A stretch of DNA of 61,032 nucleotides from Actinomycetes bacterium. GTDB lineage: Bacteria > Actinomycetota > Acidimicrobiia > Spongiisociales > SHLN01. The stretch lies in assembly GCA_024638625.1 (NCBI GenBank), contig JAHEJY010000002.1, forward strand, positions 1-61,032, read 5' to 3'. A program made the translations under genes and the position numbers. The notes under the pieces are model-generated. The model saw only the letters and a program-made list of their open reading frames with translations, had not been told where the DNA came from and ran no database searches. This document shows positions 17,805 through 27,905 of this stretch, piece by piece; within the stretch, counting starts at the first letter, position 1; every line of letters begins with the position of its first letter.

Positions 17805-18320
17805 ATGACGAACACCACGCCAGCCCGCTTCCGTGCGGGCATTCGGGCAACCACGTTCGCGTCCATGCTCGCGTTGGTGCTTGTCGCCTGTGGCCCTGGC
17901 GGCAACCCCTCGGCGGTACCGATGCTGCCGGAGATAGATCCAGTCGGTATGCAGGAGATTCTCGCCGTTTCCGAGAAACCTGTCGTCGTGAATGTGTGGG
18001 CGTCCTGGTGCATCCCATGCCGGTCGGAGGCGCCGCTGCTGCGGGAGGCACACGCCCAATTCGGCAACCGTGTCACCTTCATAGGTATTGACATCTCCGA
18101 TTCTCAGAACAACGCAAGGGCCTTTCTCGACGAGTTCGGGTTGACCGGTTTCGATCACTACTTCGACCCGTCGGGTTCTGTGCCGGCTGTTCTCGGCGGC
18201 AACGGAGTTCCGCTCACCTTCTTCTATGCGCCCGGTGGGGAGTTGGTCGAGCTGCATTTCGGCGTCATCGACGAGCGGGCCCTCGCGTTCAACCTCGATG
18301 AAATCATGCGAAGGTCCTGA
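17805..18320 (+). CDS. TlpA/ResA-family thiol-disulfide oxidoreductase lipoprotein
   Basis: Start is the ATG at 17805 within ORF 17568..18320. Lipobox LVLVACG and thioredoxin motif WASWCIPC are present. Confidence 0.8.
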   Translation: MTNTTPARFRAGIRATTFASMLALVLVACGPGGNPSAVPMLPEIDPVGMQEILAVSEKPVVVNVWASWCIPCRSEAPLLREAHAQFGNRVTFIGIDISDSQNNARAFLDEFGLTGFDHYFDPSGSVPAVLGGNGVPLTFFYAPGGELVELHFGVIDERALAFNLDEIMRRS

Positions 18321-19003
18321 TGGAGTTCACGCTGCTCGGCAGCGTCCTCGTGGCCGCCGGCAGCCTATACGCGGGTCTCTGGCTGATGGGCCGGCGCGAC
18401 CCGGCGATATGTGTTCGCGATCTCTGGGATCTGGCGTTGGCGGGAGCGATCGCAGGACTGGTCGCTGGAAGGTTGGTTGCCATGGTCAAAGGCGGAGTCA
18501 ACCCGTTGACCCATCCAACAGATTTCATTCTCCTCCGGGCGGGGGTCGACACGGTCGGCGCCACGATTGGGGCATTGGCTGCGGTGACGTTCCTCCAACG
18601 CCACCGGTTGCCTGGTCTCCTCGACCAGCTGGCAGCGGCCGCTCTGGTTGGAATGGGAGGCTGGCACGCCGGGTGCCTCGTCCGGGGCACATGCCTCGGA
18701 ACACCGTCCGATCTGCCCTGGACCTGGGCGGTGGAGGGCAGCTCGATATCACGGCATCCTGTTGAAATCTACGCCGCACTTGCGTTTTGGTCAGCGGCCT
18801 ATTTCGTATTCAGGTGGCGCAACAAGCCGTGGCTCGCCGCAAGTCTCGGTTTAGCGGTGGCCGGCCTCATTCGTCTTGTTGTCTTTCCCCTCCAGGTTTC
18901 TCTCCATTCGGGTGTTGTATGGTGGTATCTATCAGCGGCGGCGGTGGGACTGATGGTGGCTTCCTATACTGCCCGACCTCTGTCGGAGTGGCGGAATTGG
19001 TAG
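18320..19003 (+). CDS. Prolipoprotein diacylglyceryl transferase (Lgt)-family membrane protein
   Basis: 227 aa, polytopic. GGWHAGCLVRGTCLGTPSDLPWTW...SRHPVEIYAAL resembles the Lgt core (G.C.G.P...W...RHP.QLYE). TGATG coupling to the TlpA-like gene. The 3' end overlaps tRNA-Leu. Confidence 0.55.
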   Translation: MEFTLLGSVLVAAGSLYAGLWLMGRRDPAICVRDLWDLALAGAIAGLVAGRLVAMVKGGVNPLTHPTDFILLRAGVDTVGATIGALAAVTFLQRHRLPGLLDQLAAAALVGMGGWHAGCLVRGTCLGTPSDLPWTWAVEGSSISRHPVEIYAALAFWSAAYFVFRWRNKPWLAASLGLAVAGLIRLVVFPLQVSLHSGVVWWYLSAAAVGLMVASYTARPLSEWRNW

Positions 19004-19069
19004 ACGCGCTAGGTTGAGGGCCTAGTGGGCGATAAGCCCGTGGAGGTTCAAGTCCTCTCTCCGACACCA
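18982..19069 (+). tRNA. tRNA-Leu (anticodon GAG), class II with long variable arm, encoded CCA
   Basis: Acceptor stem GTCGGAG/CTCCGAC. Anticodon stem CTAGG/CCTAG with loop TTGAGGG. Variable arm TGGGCGATAAGCCCG. T-loop GGTTCAAGTCC. Terminal ACCA. Confidence 0.9.
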
Positions 19070-19096
19070 CAAACTGATCCCCAACGTCCGGGCGAC

Positions 19097-20452
19097 TCAG
19101 GGCCATACTCCCCGCTGGGCGGCCGCTTCCCGACAGGCTTGCACGGCTACGGCCGTGGCTGCCGTTCGAAGGTCGGGCACCGGCAGCTCGGGGGCCTCCG
19201 GCATCGTTTCCTGCCACCTGTCCCGGTAACTGTCGAACGCGTCGACCATGGCGGCCCGGCGGGTGACGACCACTTCGGTGGCGTGATGCATACGCTGGCG
19301 CAACTGGGTGCCGACTGCCGCATCGTCCCACTGCTGGTTTTCGATGTTCTGGGCCCATTCGAAGTAGGAGACAACGACGCCACCGGCGTTGGCCAGGATG
19401 TCGGGGATCAGTCGAATGCCGCGTCCGGCCAGGATGTCGTCGGCGCGGGGAGTGGTGGGGCCGTTTGCCAGTTCTACAATCAACTGGGCTTGGATTCGCT
19501 CGGCATTGTTCGCAGTGATCTGCAATTCGATCGCGGCCGGAACGAGTATGTCGCAATCAACTTCCAGCAATTCCTTGGGTGACAACTGTTCTGTGCCGTC
19601 GAGTCCGATAACACTGTCTGTGGCGTCCTTGTGTCGCCCCGCCTGGCCGGGATCGATCCCGGACGCATCAAAGATTCCCCCTTTTGAGTCCGATAGTGCA
19701 ACGATGAGCGCTCCGGCTTCATGGAACAGCGAAGCGGCATTGCGCCCTGCATTGCCGAAGCCCTGGATAGCGATCCGCGCTCCATCGAGAGAACCGAGCC
19801 CGGGAAGCCCCGCGATCTCCAGGTAGCGCTGTGTCACGTAGAACCCACCCTGGGCAGTAGCCGCGGCTCGGCCCGCCAGTCCTCCGAGCGCCATCGGCTT
19901 CCCGGTGACAACCGGCAGGTTGGCCGACCCCGGATGCATCATCGAATACGTGTCATAGATCCACGCCATGGTCTGAGCGTCCGTGTATAGATCGGGCGCC
20001 GGGATATCGGTATGAGGGCCGATCGTGTCGCCCAGGGCGGCCGTGAACCGTCGGGTCAGGCGTTCCTTCTCACCCTGCGACAGCAAATGGGGGTCGCATC
20101 GCACTCCCCCCTTGGCGCCCCCGAACGGGACGTCAACCAACGTGCATTTCCACGTCATCCACGTGGCGAGTGCTTTGACTTCCTCGACACCGGCTTCGGG
20201 GTGGAATCGGATTCCGCCCTTGCCCGGGCCGCGGACCGTGGAATGCAGCACTCGATAACCACGGTAAATGTGGACATAGCCGTCGTCTGACCGGACTGGC
20301 AGGACCACCTCGACGATGCGTTCCGGTTCGAAGAGCCACTGGGCCATCCCCCGCCACCCGTCGACAACCTCGGTATAGGGGGCAGCGCGATCAAACTGGA
20401 CCTTTGCCATCCTGTGCAGGTCGAGGTCTTCGAGGACCGGCTCCGCGTTCAT
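19097..20452 (-). CDS. gdhA: Glutamate dehydrogenase (Glu/Leu/Phe/Val dehydrogenase family)
   Basis: 451 aa. Catalytic block VPFGGAKGGVRCDP and dinucleotide fold IQGFGNAGRNAA. Confidence 0.9.
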   Translation of the reverse strand: MNAEPVLEDLDLHRMAKVQFDRAAPYTEVVDGWRGMAQWLFEPERIVEVVLPVRSDDGYVHIYRGYRVLHSTVRGPGKGGIRFHPEAGVEEVKALATWMTWKCTLVDVPFGGAKGGVRCDPHLLSQGEKERLTRRFTAALGDTIGPHTDIPAPDLYTDAQTMAWIYDTYSMMHPGSANLPVVTGKPMALGGLAGRAAATAQGGFYVTQRYLEIAGLPGLGSLDGARIAIQGFGNAGRNAASLFHEAGALIVALSDSKGGIFDASGIDPGQAGRHKDATDSVIGLDGTEQLSPKELLEVDCDILVPAAIELQITANNAERIQAQLIVELANGPTTPRADDILAGRGIRLIPDILANAGGVVVSYFEWAQNIENQQWDDAAVGTQLRQRMHHATEVVVTRRAAMVDAFDSYRDRWQETMPEAPELPVPDLRTAATAVAVQACREAAAQRGVWP

Positions 20453-20538
20453 GGTCGCGTCCCTTCATGCTGTTACCACGAGTCAATCGTGCCCAAGCGC
20501 TCCGGCCAAGAGGCGGAAGTCCCTACTGCAGGGGGGTA

Positions 20539-21681
20539 TCAGCTGTGACGATCCCGGAGTTGGTCGAGGCTTTCGCAGCCGGTTTGGTGCATCGTGTTGA
20601 CGAGACCGTCTGTGAGGATGTCGAGCACGTGTTGGGGTCCTGTCTCTCCCAATGCTCCGAGGCCGAACATGAAGGCCCTCCCGCAAAAAACGAACGACGC
20701 TCCGAGTGCGATTGCCCGGGCTACATCGATGCCGTGCCTCACCCCTCCGTCGAACAGCACGGGGGTTGTGCCGCCGATTCTGTCTACCACAGCCGGAAGT
20801 GCCTCGATCGAGGCGGGGGCACCGTCCAGCTGCCGGCCGCCGTGGTTCGAAACGATCACGGCATCTGCACCCGTATCTACACAACGCGCCGCGTCATCCG
20901 GATCCAGAATGCCCTTTACCACGAGCGGCCCATCCCACATCTCACGCACTTCGGACAAGTAGCCATACGAAAGGGTGCCACCGAGCCTGGCACCGACGAA
21001 CCCTGCCGCAACGCGCATCGTCGCCGCGTCCAGATAACGCTCCAATGTCCGGAACCTCGGCAGACCGTGTTTCAGCAACCCGAACGTCCAGGCGGGACGG
21101 ATCAGGGCTTGCGCCACCAGCCGCGGTCCGACGACGGGGGGAACCCGGATTTGGGCTTTTCGCTGCCGCTCGCGTCTGCTGGGTGTCGGGACGTCGGCAG
21201 TTACGACAAGCGTCGTAAAACCCGAGGTGGCGGCCCGGGCGATGAGATCCTTCCGCACCGATTCCTCACGCGGCGGGTAGAGCTGAAACCAGCCCATGCC
21301 GTCAGTGGCCGGACCGATGACTTCCGGCTTCTCGGTTCCGACGGTGCTCAGCACAAACGGGATGCGATTGGCCGCGGCCACGGTGGCCAATGCCGCGCCG
21401 GCTCCCGGCCAGATGAGCCCGGTCATTCCGATCGGAGCGATCCCGATCGGCGCCGAGTAGTGAATCCCGAAGAGCTCCGTCCCGATGTGCGGGCTCAAGA
21501 CGCCTTTTAGGAGTTGAGGTATAAACGTCACAGCCTCCATGGCAGCAACGTTCCGGTCCCGGGCGACATCGGCGCCGGTTCCGGCCGCAAGATACTCCCA
21601 CGCGAAATGGGGTATCCGTCGCTTGGCACGTGCTTCAAGATCACTCACCGCCGGATATGTGTCCATCAAGGGCTTGGCCAT
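20539..21681 (-). CDS. FMN-dependent alpha-hydroxy-acid oxidase/dehydrogenase (LldD/glycolate oxidase family)
   Basis: 380 aa. ...[21 protein letters not shown]...[18 protein letters not shown].... Confidence 0.85.
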   Translation of the reverse strand: MAKPLMDTYPAVSDLEARAKRRIPHFAWEYLAAGTGADVARDRNVAAMEAVTFIPQLLKGVLSPHIGTELFGIHYSAPIGIAPIGMTGLIWPGAGAALATVAAANRIPFVLSTVGTEKPEVIGPATDGMGWFQLYPPREESVRKDLIARAATSGFTTLVVTADVPTPSRRERQRKAQIRVPPVVGPRLVAQALIRPAWTFGLLKHGLPRFRTLERYLDAATMRVAAGFVGARLGGTLSYGYLSEVREMWDGPLVVKGILDPDDAARCVDTGADAVIVSNHGGRQLDGAPASIEALPAVVDRIGGTTPVLFDGGVRHGIDVARAIALGASFVFCGRAFMFGLGALGETGPQHVLDILTDGLVNTMHQTGCESLDQLRDRHS

Positions 21682-21723
21682 CGACCCACGTTAACCTTTG
21701 ACGCTCTGTGTCAGAGGTACCCG

Positions 21724-22263
21724 ATGACTACCCAACCGCCAGAACCACCTCCCCCTGATCTCAAGGACTGGACTTGGGTGTTGGATCGCGAGTGCCCCGA
21801 ATGCGGATTCGACGCCGGCTCGGTTGAGCGTCAACAGATCGGCGATCTTCTTCGGCAGAACACCGAACGATGGCGAAAGGTTCTCCGCGGAGACGAGCAG
21901 GCGCTCAGAACGAGACCCCGGCCGCAAACCTGGTCAACAACCGAGTACGCCTGTCATGTACGCGACGTCCATCGGCTCTATTTGGAGCGTCTCCACCTCA
22001 TGCTGCACGAGGACGATCCCCTCTTCGCGAACTGGGACCAGAACGTGACTGCAGTCGAGATGCGCTACGACCTGGCCGACCCTGCCGTGGTGAGCCAGGA
22101 ACTGGCCGAAGCCGGCCTTGCGCTGGCTGACGGATTTGACGCTGTCGAAGAGCACCAATGGAGTCGCCCGGGGAGAAGAAGCGACGGTGCCAGCTTCACA
22201 GTCGAATCGTTCGCACGCTACCTATTGCATGATCCTGTACATCACCTCCACGACGTGACGTGA
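21724..22263 (+). CDS. DinB-family (DinB_2) metal-binding protein
   Basis: Start is the ATG at 21724 within ORF 21514..22263. Contains a CPECGFD zinc-ribbon-like N-terminus and His-rich four-helix signature (YACHVRDV...LLHDPVHHLHDV). Confidence 0.7.
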   Translation: MTTQPPEPPPPDLKDWTWVLDRECPECGFDAGSVERQQIGDLLRQNTERWRKVLRGDEQALRTRPRPQTWSTTEYACHVRDVHRLYLERLHLMLHEDDPLFANWDQNVTAVEMRYDLADPAVVSQELAEAGLALADGFDAVEEHQWSRPGRRSDGASFTVESFARYLLHDPVHHLHDVT

Positions 22264-23048
22264 GCGAACTCTCAGATCAGGACCGATCAATCGCGTTCGC
22301 CCGCCGTCACCACGGGAGGTTGGCCAACTCGATCATCCCTTTTCGGTGGGGATCGGCCTACGTCGATGAAGATGTTCCGCTCAGATACGGCTCCAACTTC
22401 CTGTGGGTTGATGGTTCTCCTGTCGACGCAACCGCAGCCGGCCTCATCGCAGAAGCTGACCGCATTCTCGGTGGAGCGGGCTTCCGCCATCGTATCGTTG
22501 CGATAGACGATGCCGACCTCGCCGCCCGGGTGCGCCCCGGATTCGTAGCTGCAGGCTGGGATCTCACGCAACTGGTCCTCATGGTGTTGTCGAACCTACC
22601 CAGCACCGCCCGCCCCCGGGGCACTGTCGCCCGGGAGGCGAGCTACGGAGAAATACGGGATCTACTCGAAAGGCTCCAGTACACCTACGAACCACCCAGG
22701 TCGCCCGAGGCGATGCGGGTGCTGGTCGAATACACCGCTCGATTGGAGTCAGTGGTCGGGGCCCGCTTCTTCGTTGCCGAGGTGGACGATGAGCCGGTGT
22801 CTGTCTGCGATCTCTACATCGATGGGACCGAAGCTCAAATCGAGGCGGTGAACACCCTTCCCGATTTTCGAAATCGGGGGTTTGGAACAGCCATCATGCG
22901 AGCCGCCATCGAGGCCGCACGGACCGAGGGGGTCTCCTGGATTCACCTCTACGCCGAGGGTGACGACTGGCCAAGATACTGGTACGAGAAACTGGGATTC
23001 GAGGTGGCTGCCGGATACAGCCATTTCCACCTTTACCCCGACCGTTAG
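22260..23048 (+). CDS. GNAT-family N-acetyltransferase
   Basis: 262 aa, GTG start overlapping the upstream stop (GTGA). Acetyl-CoA motif RNRGFGTAIMRAAIEAA in the C-terminal domain. Confidence 0.7.
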   Translation: MSELSDQDRSIAFARRHHGRLANSIIPFRWGSAYVDEDVPLRYGSNFLWVDGSPVDATAAGLIAEADRILGGAGFRHRIVAIDDADLAARVRPGFVAAGWDLTQLVLMVLSNLPSTARPRGTVAREASYGEIRDLLERLQYTYEPPRSPEAMRVLVEYTARLESVVGARFFVAEVDDEPVSVCDLYIDGTEAQIEAVNTLPDFRNRGFGTAIMRAAIEAARTEGVSWIHLYAEGDDWPRYWYEKLGFEVAAGYSHFHLYPDR

Positions 23049-23278
23049 GTCCAGAGCAGAACGAGCGTGACGGTTGTCGCCGTGAATACGAGCCCGGCGA
23101 TGATCGTCAACCGATCGAGGTTCTTCTCGACGACTGTGGACTGCGAAGCCGGACCAAAACCACCGCCGAACATATCCGAAACTCCGCCGTCCTTGCCCGA
23201 ATGGAGCAGGACAAGCAGAATCAGCACTCCCGACACAAGGAGGTGCAGAATCAGAATGACAGCGGTGACAATGTCCAT
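23045..23278 (-). CDS. secG: Preprotein translocase subunit SecG
   Basis: 77 aa. MDIVTAVILILHLLVSGVLILLVLLHSGKDGGVSDMFGGG... Confidence 0.9.
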   Translation of the reverse strand: MDIVTAVILILHLLVSGVLILLVLLHSGKDGGVSDMFGGGFGPASQSTVVEKNLDRLTIIAGLVFTATTVTLVLLWT

Positions 23279-23320
23279 GGTTGCCGCAGTGTAATGAGCA
23301 ATACGCCGGAAATGGCAGCC

Positions 23321-23854
23321 TCACTTCCGAAGATCCAACACCATTCGGATGTCAGTAATGGACTGCCCGCTGACCCGAAAGGCATCCTCAAAGGTCCCAA
23401 CAATTTCAAACCCGAGCTTGCTGTACAACGCCAGCGCTCGCGAATTGCCTTCGAACACACCGAGGTCGATACCCGCAACACCGGCCTCGCGTGCCCAGGA
23501 GATCGCGGTTTCCATCAGTGAGCGGCCTAGCCCGGTGCCTCGATGGGGACGTTGCACACCTACGCCGAGGAACGCCCGGTGACGGGTCGCCTCGATGTCG
23601 CCTCCGTGCAACTCGACATCGCCGACCACCCGGCCTTCAACGAATGCTCCCCAGGTGCGAATCCAGCCGGGTTCGTCGAGGCTCTTGTTCCAGCCGTGCT
23701 TGCGACTGGAACGCGCCCCATCGACCTCTCTGCTATCAGGAAACGGCGTGAAGATCGAATCACCCCCTTTCCCCGATTCAGCGCGATGCAGCGCGTGGTG
23801 CTCTAGATACGCATCGAGGTCGTCGAGCGACAAACCCCGGATCTCCGGCTTCAG
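23321..23854 (-). CDS. GNAT-family N-acetyltransferase (start uncertain)
   Basis: Motif [22 protein letters not shown]. The ORF extends to 23953 but overlaps the upstream ABC gene. There is no ATG or GTG near the junction; candidate starts are CTG at 23854 or TTG at 23830. Confidence 0.65.
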   Translation of the reverse strand: MKPEIRGLSLDDLDAYLEHHALHRAESGKGGDSIFTPFPDSREVDGARSSRKHGWNKSLDEPGWIRTWGAFVEGRVVGDVELHGGDIEATRHRAFLGVGVQRPHRGTGLGRSLMETAISWAREAGVAGIDLGVFEGNSRALALYSKLGFEIVGTFEDAFRVSGQSITDIRMVLDLRK

Positions 23855-24879
23855 GCCGGGCGCTCCGGGAAGTAGCAGGCGACAGGGTGGTCCGTATCTC
23901 GAAGTATCAGTTCCGGGATTTCGCCCGCACAAATCTCTTGAGCTTTCCAGCATCGCGTCCGGAAGCGGCAGCCGGAAGGTGGGTCGGCCGGGCTCGGTAC
24001 GTCACCTTCGAGCAGGATCCTGTGTTCTACCTGCTTGGCATTTGGGTCGAGTGCCGGGACGGCAGAGAGCAGGGCTTTTGTATACGGATGAGCGGTGTGC
24101 TCGTACACCTGGATTTCGTCGCCGATTTCGACGATCTTGCCGAGATACATGACCGCGACCCGATCACAAATGTGGCGAATAACGGAAAGATCGTGAGCAA
24201 TGAAGATATACGACAACCCGAGTTCGGCCTGGAGATCCTCGAGGAGGTTGACCACCTGGGCCTGCACCGAGACATCCAGGGCAGAAACCGGTTCATCGGC
24301 AACGATCACGCTCGGATTCAAGGCCAGGGCCCGGGCGATACCAATGCGCTGGCGCTGGCCTCCCGAGAACTGGTGGGGATAGCGATTGATGTGGTCGGGG
24401 TTCAGGCCCACCATCTCGAGCAACTCCAGCGTTCTCGCCTGCTGCTTCTCCTTTGCCAGTACTTCAGGGTGTATGCGCCAGGCCTCGGCAACGATGTCGC
24501 CGACCGTCATCCGCGGATTCAGCGATGCGTAGGGATCCTGGAAAATGACCTGGATCTCGCGGCGAACCTCGCGAAGCTCCTTTTGCGACATCTTGAAGAT
24601 GTCTTTGCCCCGGAATATGACACTGCCGCTGGTCGGGGTCTCCAACCGGAGAATCGTCCTGGCGGTCGTCGTCTTGCCGCAACCCGATTCTCCCACCAAA
24701 CCCAGTGTTTCCCCGCGGTGGAGCTCGAAGCTGACGTCGTCGGAGGCCTTCACGGTACCGATCTGGCGCTTGAAGAGGATCCCCTGGGTTATCGGGTAGT
24801 GCTTGACGAGGTTGTTCACGGTGAGAATCGGTTCGCCCAACTTCTTGTCAGAGCCTGCTTCCGGAGCGGTTTCGAGCAT
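23851..24879 (-). CDS. Oligopeptide/dipeptide ABC transporter ATP-binding protein (OppF/DppF type)
   Basis: 342 aa. Walker [10 protein letters not shown], signature FSGGQRQR, and a C-terminal oligopeptide-type extension with CRFRTRC. Confidence 0.9.
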   Translation of the reverse strand: MLETAPEAGSDKKLGEPILTVNNLVKHYPITQGILFKRQIGTVKASDDVSFELHRGETLGLVGESGCGKTTTARTILRLETPTSGSVIFRGKDIFKMSQKELREVRREIQVIFQDPYASLNPRMTVGDIVAEAWRIHPEVLAKEKQQARTLELLEMVGLNPDHINRYPHQFSGGQRQRIGIARALALNPSVIVADEPVSALDVSVQAQVVNLLEDLQAELGLSYIFIAHDLSVIRHICDRVAVMYLGKIVEIGDEIQVYEHTAHPYTKALLSAVPALDPNAKQVEHRILLEGDVPSPADPPSGCRFRTRCWKAQEICAGEIPELILRDTDHPVACYFPERPA

Positions 24880-25912
24880 CCCTCACCTCCTCGACGAAGT
24901 GGCAGGCGCTTACGCGGCCTGCCTCTCCAAGTTCATGGAGGTGCGGTTTTTCGACGCGGCATATGTCCTGGGCATACGGGCAGCGGGGGTTGAACGCGCA
25001 CCCTGCCGGGATTGCCATCAGGTCGGGCGGGGAGCCCTTGATCGGGTTCAGGCGATCCTTTTGGACGTCGTGTCTCGGCATCGAATCCATCAAGCCCATC
25101 GTGTATGGGTGAGCGGGATTGTGGTAGACGTCGCTGATCTCGCCCTTCTCGACCGAGTCACCCGCATACATCACAACCACCCGATCGGCCACCTCCGCTA
25201 CGACGCCCAGGTCATGGGTGATGAGAATCAGACCCATCCCGGTCTCTTCCTGGAGATCGGACAGGAGCTGCATGATCTGGGCCTGCACGGTCACATCGAG
25301 TGCGGTTGTTGGCTCGTCGGCGATGAGGACGTCAGGATCGAGCGCCAATGCCATGGCGATCATGACGCGTTGTCGCATCCCGCCCGAAAACTCATGAGGG
25401 TACGAATTGACCCGGTCTCGAGCCAGCGGAATCTTGACCCGATCCATCAGTTCGACCGCTGCGTCAAGACCCTCCTTCTTCGTGCTTCCGTGGTGCTCGC
25501 GAAACATCTCACCGATCTGCCAGCCAACGGTGAATACGGGATTCAGGGCAGTGAGCGCGTCCTGGAAGATCATGGCGATCCTCTCGCCCCGCACCTGGCG
25601 GCGTTCCTTTTCGGCCATCGTCAACAGCTCGACGCCCCGGAACTTGACCGAACCGTCGGTCACGAATCCGGGAGGACTATCGATGATGCCCATGACTGCC
25701 TGGGCGCTGACGCTCTTGCCGCTGCCCGACTCGCCGAGTATCGCCACGGTTTCCCGCTCGTTCACGTGGTAGGTGAGCCCGTTAACCGCCTTGACGGTTC
25801 CGAAATCCAGCCGGAACTCGACATGGATATTCTCGACGCTGAGCAGAGGAGCGCCCGGCACCGCTGGTTTGCCTGCGACGAGATCCCTGGTTTGCAGTGG
25901 TACCTGGGTCAT
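24848..25912 (-). CDS. Oligopeptide/dipeptide ABC transporter ATP-binding protein (OppD/DppD type)
   Basis: 354 aa. Walker A GESGSGKS, signature FSGGMRQR, and [10 protein letters not shown] in the C-terminal domain. Confidence 0.9.
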   Translation of the reverse strand: MTQVPLQTRDLVAGKPAVPGAPLLSVENIHVEFRLDFGTVKAVNGLTYHVNERETVAILGESGSGKSVSAQAVMGIIDSPPGFVTDGSVKFRGVELLTMAEKERRQVRGERIAMIFQDALTALNPVFTVGWQIGEMFREHHGSTKKEGLDAAVELMDRVKIPLARDRVNSYPHEFSGGMRQRVMIAMALALDPDVLIADEPTTALDVTVQAQIMQLLSDLQEETGMGLILITHDLGVVAEVADRVVVMYAGDSVEKGEISDVYHNPAHPYTMGLMDSMPRHDVQKDRLNPIKGSPPDLMAIPAGCAFNPRCPYAQDICRVEKPHLHELGEAGRVSACHFVEEVRDARNRSGSRL

Positions 25913-26862
25913 CGCAGCTTCGGATCCAGCGCATCGCGGAGGGCGTCGCCCATGAGGATGAAACTAAAGACCGTGATGCTGAGAACCGCGCCGGGAAAGA
26001 ACAACAGGTGGGGCGATGTGAGGATCCGATTCTGGGCGGTGCTGATCATCAGCCCCCATGAGATGGCGGGAAGCTGGAGGCCGACGTTCAGAAACGAGAG
26101 CGCCGCCTCTGCAGCGATGACGACACCGACGGTGATCGTTGCATAGACGATCACCGGCGCCAGGGAGTTGGGCAGGATGTGGCGAGTTATGATCCGGAAA
26201 TCGGTCGCGCCCAGAGCCCGCGCAGAATCCACATACTCCGTTTCTTTCACAGATATCACGGACGATCTCACCAAACGCAGCATGGTTGGCCAACCCAGAA
26301 CGATGAGAACCAGGCTCACCTGAGCCACACCGCGGTTTTGGAACAAAGCCAGGATGACAATTCCACCGAGGATGGTGGGAATCGCAAACCACATGTCGGT
26401 AACGCGGGCTATCAGAGTGTCGACGATACCGCCGTAATAACCGGAGATAGAACCGCCCACCAGGGCAATCGTGAGAGCGAAGGTCGTGACGATCAGGCCG
26501 ATCGTAATCGAGACCCGGGCTCCGTATATCGTCCGCGCGTAGTAGTCACATCCCTGCACGTCGGTTCCGAACCAGTGCTCCGCGCTCGGCGTTTGCAATG
26601 CTTCGGACAATGGGCAGGATCGGGGGTCTTTGGATGTGAACAACCCGGGAAACACAGCCATCACCATCATGATCAGAATCAAGAGGGCGGAAATAACGAA
26701 GATCGGCTTTCGAATCAGCGCCCGCCACGCATCTCCCCAGAGGCTGGCTACCCGATCTTCAGTGGCCTCGTCCACATGTTCGTCCGGGAGTTCGATGTCC
26801 CCCGTGATCGCAACGCGGTCACTCATAACGAATCCGGGGGTCGAGAACTGCGTAGAGGACAT
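25909..26862 (-). CDS. ABC transporter permease (OppC/DppC type)
   Basis: 317-aa ORF. The alternative start at ATG 26826 would reduce the overlap with the upstream gene to 8 nt. It is a BPD-type permease with the EAA-like loop (SARALGATDFRIITRHILPN). Confidence 0.9.
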   Translation of the reverse strand: MSSTQFSTPGFVMSDRVAITGDIELPDEHVDEATEDRVASLWGDAWRALIRKPIFVISALLILIMMVMAVFPGLFTSKDPRSCPLSEALQTPSAEHWFGTDVQGCDYYARTIYGARVSITIGLIVTTFALTIALVGGSISGYYGGIVDTLIARVTDMWFAIPTILGGIVILALFQNRGVAQVSLVLIVLGWPTMLRLVRSSVISVKETEYVDSARALGATDFRIITRHILPNSLAPVIVYATITVGVVIAAEAALSFLNVGLQLPAISWGLMISTAQNRILTSPHLLFFPGAVLSITVFSFILMGDALRDALDPKLR

Positions 26863-27742
26863 CGACCACCAGGTTGGCGATGAGATAGATGAAGACCAGG
26901 AAGGTCACGATCCCGACGACCACCGTCCCCTCCTGCCGCTGAACCCCCTCAAACACCGCTCTGCCGATTCCGGGGATGTTGAAGATCGTCTCAGTGATGA
27001 TTGCTCCGCCCATGAGGGCGCCCAGGTCGATGGCGAGGAACGTGACGACCGGGATCATCGAATTGCGCAGAGTGTGCACACCGACGACCCGCAGACGGGA
27101 AAGACCTTTGGATGTGGCGGTTCGGACGTAATCCGCTCTCAGATTCTCGACGAGAGCCGCGCGCGTCAACCGAGCGATATAGGCGAGCGACACGGATCCA
27201 AGCACCAGCGCAGGCAGCAGATAGCTAAACCACCCCTCCCTTATGCCGGCGACCGGGAAGATCGGGAACTGGACTCCCAGTAGCAGCTGTGCAAGGAAAC
27301 CCAGCACGAAGATGGGAATCGCAATGACTACCAGCGTTGAGGTAAGCACCAGGTTGTCGAGGTAGTTGCCCTTCCGAACGCCGGCGACAATACCGGCCGC
27401 AATTCCGATGATGACCTCGAAGCCGAACGCCAGGATGGCCAATCGAGCGGTAATCGGTATGCGCTGGCCCATGAGCTCGGAGACCGGACGACCTCTGAAA
27501 TCAGTTCCGAAGTCACCCTGGAAAACGCCGCTGATGTACAGCCAATATTGCTGCCAGGCGGGTTTGTCCAGGTTGTATTCCTCGGTGAGCGCAGCCCGCA
27601 CGGACTCGGGCATAGCCCGATCACCCGCAAGAGCTCTTATGGGGTCTCCCGGAATGATCCAGACCATGATGAAGATGAGAAGCGTGGCACCGAGGAAGAC
27701 CGGAATGAACTGGAGAACTCGCCGGGTCAAGTACCTGCCCAT
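26819..27742 (-). CDS. ABC transporter permease (OppB/DppB type)
   Basis: 307 aa. MGRYLTRRVLQFIPVFLGATLLIF...DYVRTATSKGLS... Confidence 0.9.
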   Translation of the reverse strand: MGRYLTRRVLQFIPVFLGATLLIFIMVWIIPGDPIRALAGDRAMPESVRAALTEEYNLDKPAWQQYWLYISGVFQGDFGTDFRGRPVSELMGQRIPITARLAILAFGFEVIIGIAAGIVAGVRKGNYLDNLVLTSTLVVIAIPIFVLGFLAQLLLGVQFPIFPVAGIREGWFSYLLPALVLGSVSLAYIARLTRAALVENLRADYVRTATSKGLSRLRVVGVHTLRNSMIPVVTFLAIDLGALMGGAIITETIFNIPGIGRAVFEGVQRQEGTVVVGIVTFLVFIYLIANLVVDVLYAVLDPRIRYE

Positions 27743-27850
27743 TCACTCCTCGTCTTTCAGGTTCATCAACTATACCGATATTTCGCGACCTCCTCAATTG
27801 CGATCGTGCCAGTCGAATGATGAGGTCGCGTAGCCAAACGAATTCGTGAC

Positions 27851-27885
27851 AAAGAAAAACGGGCGGCCCGGAGGCCGCCCGTTTT
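27851..27885 (-). terminator. Rho-independent terminator or attenuator after the substrate-binding protein gene
   Basis: Minus strand: AACGGGCGGCC-TCCG-GGCCGCCCGTT followed by TTTTCTTTG. The stems are at 27858-27868 and 27873-27883. Confidence 0.7.
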
Positions 27886-27905
27886 CCATGTATGAGACGG
27901 AACGA

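Noticed and set aside
18982-19069. tRNA-Leu as an integration site for a genomic island.
   Set aside because: There is no integrase next to it, and I saw no duplicated copy of the tRNA 3' end. The flanking genes (Lgt-like, gdh) are housekeeping genes.
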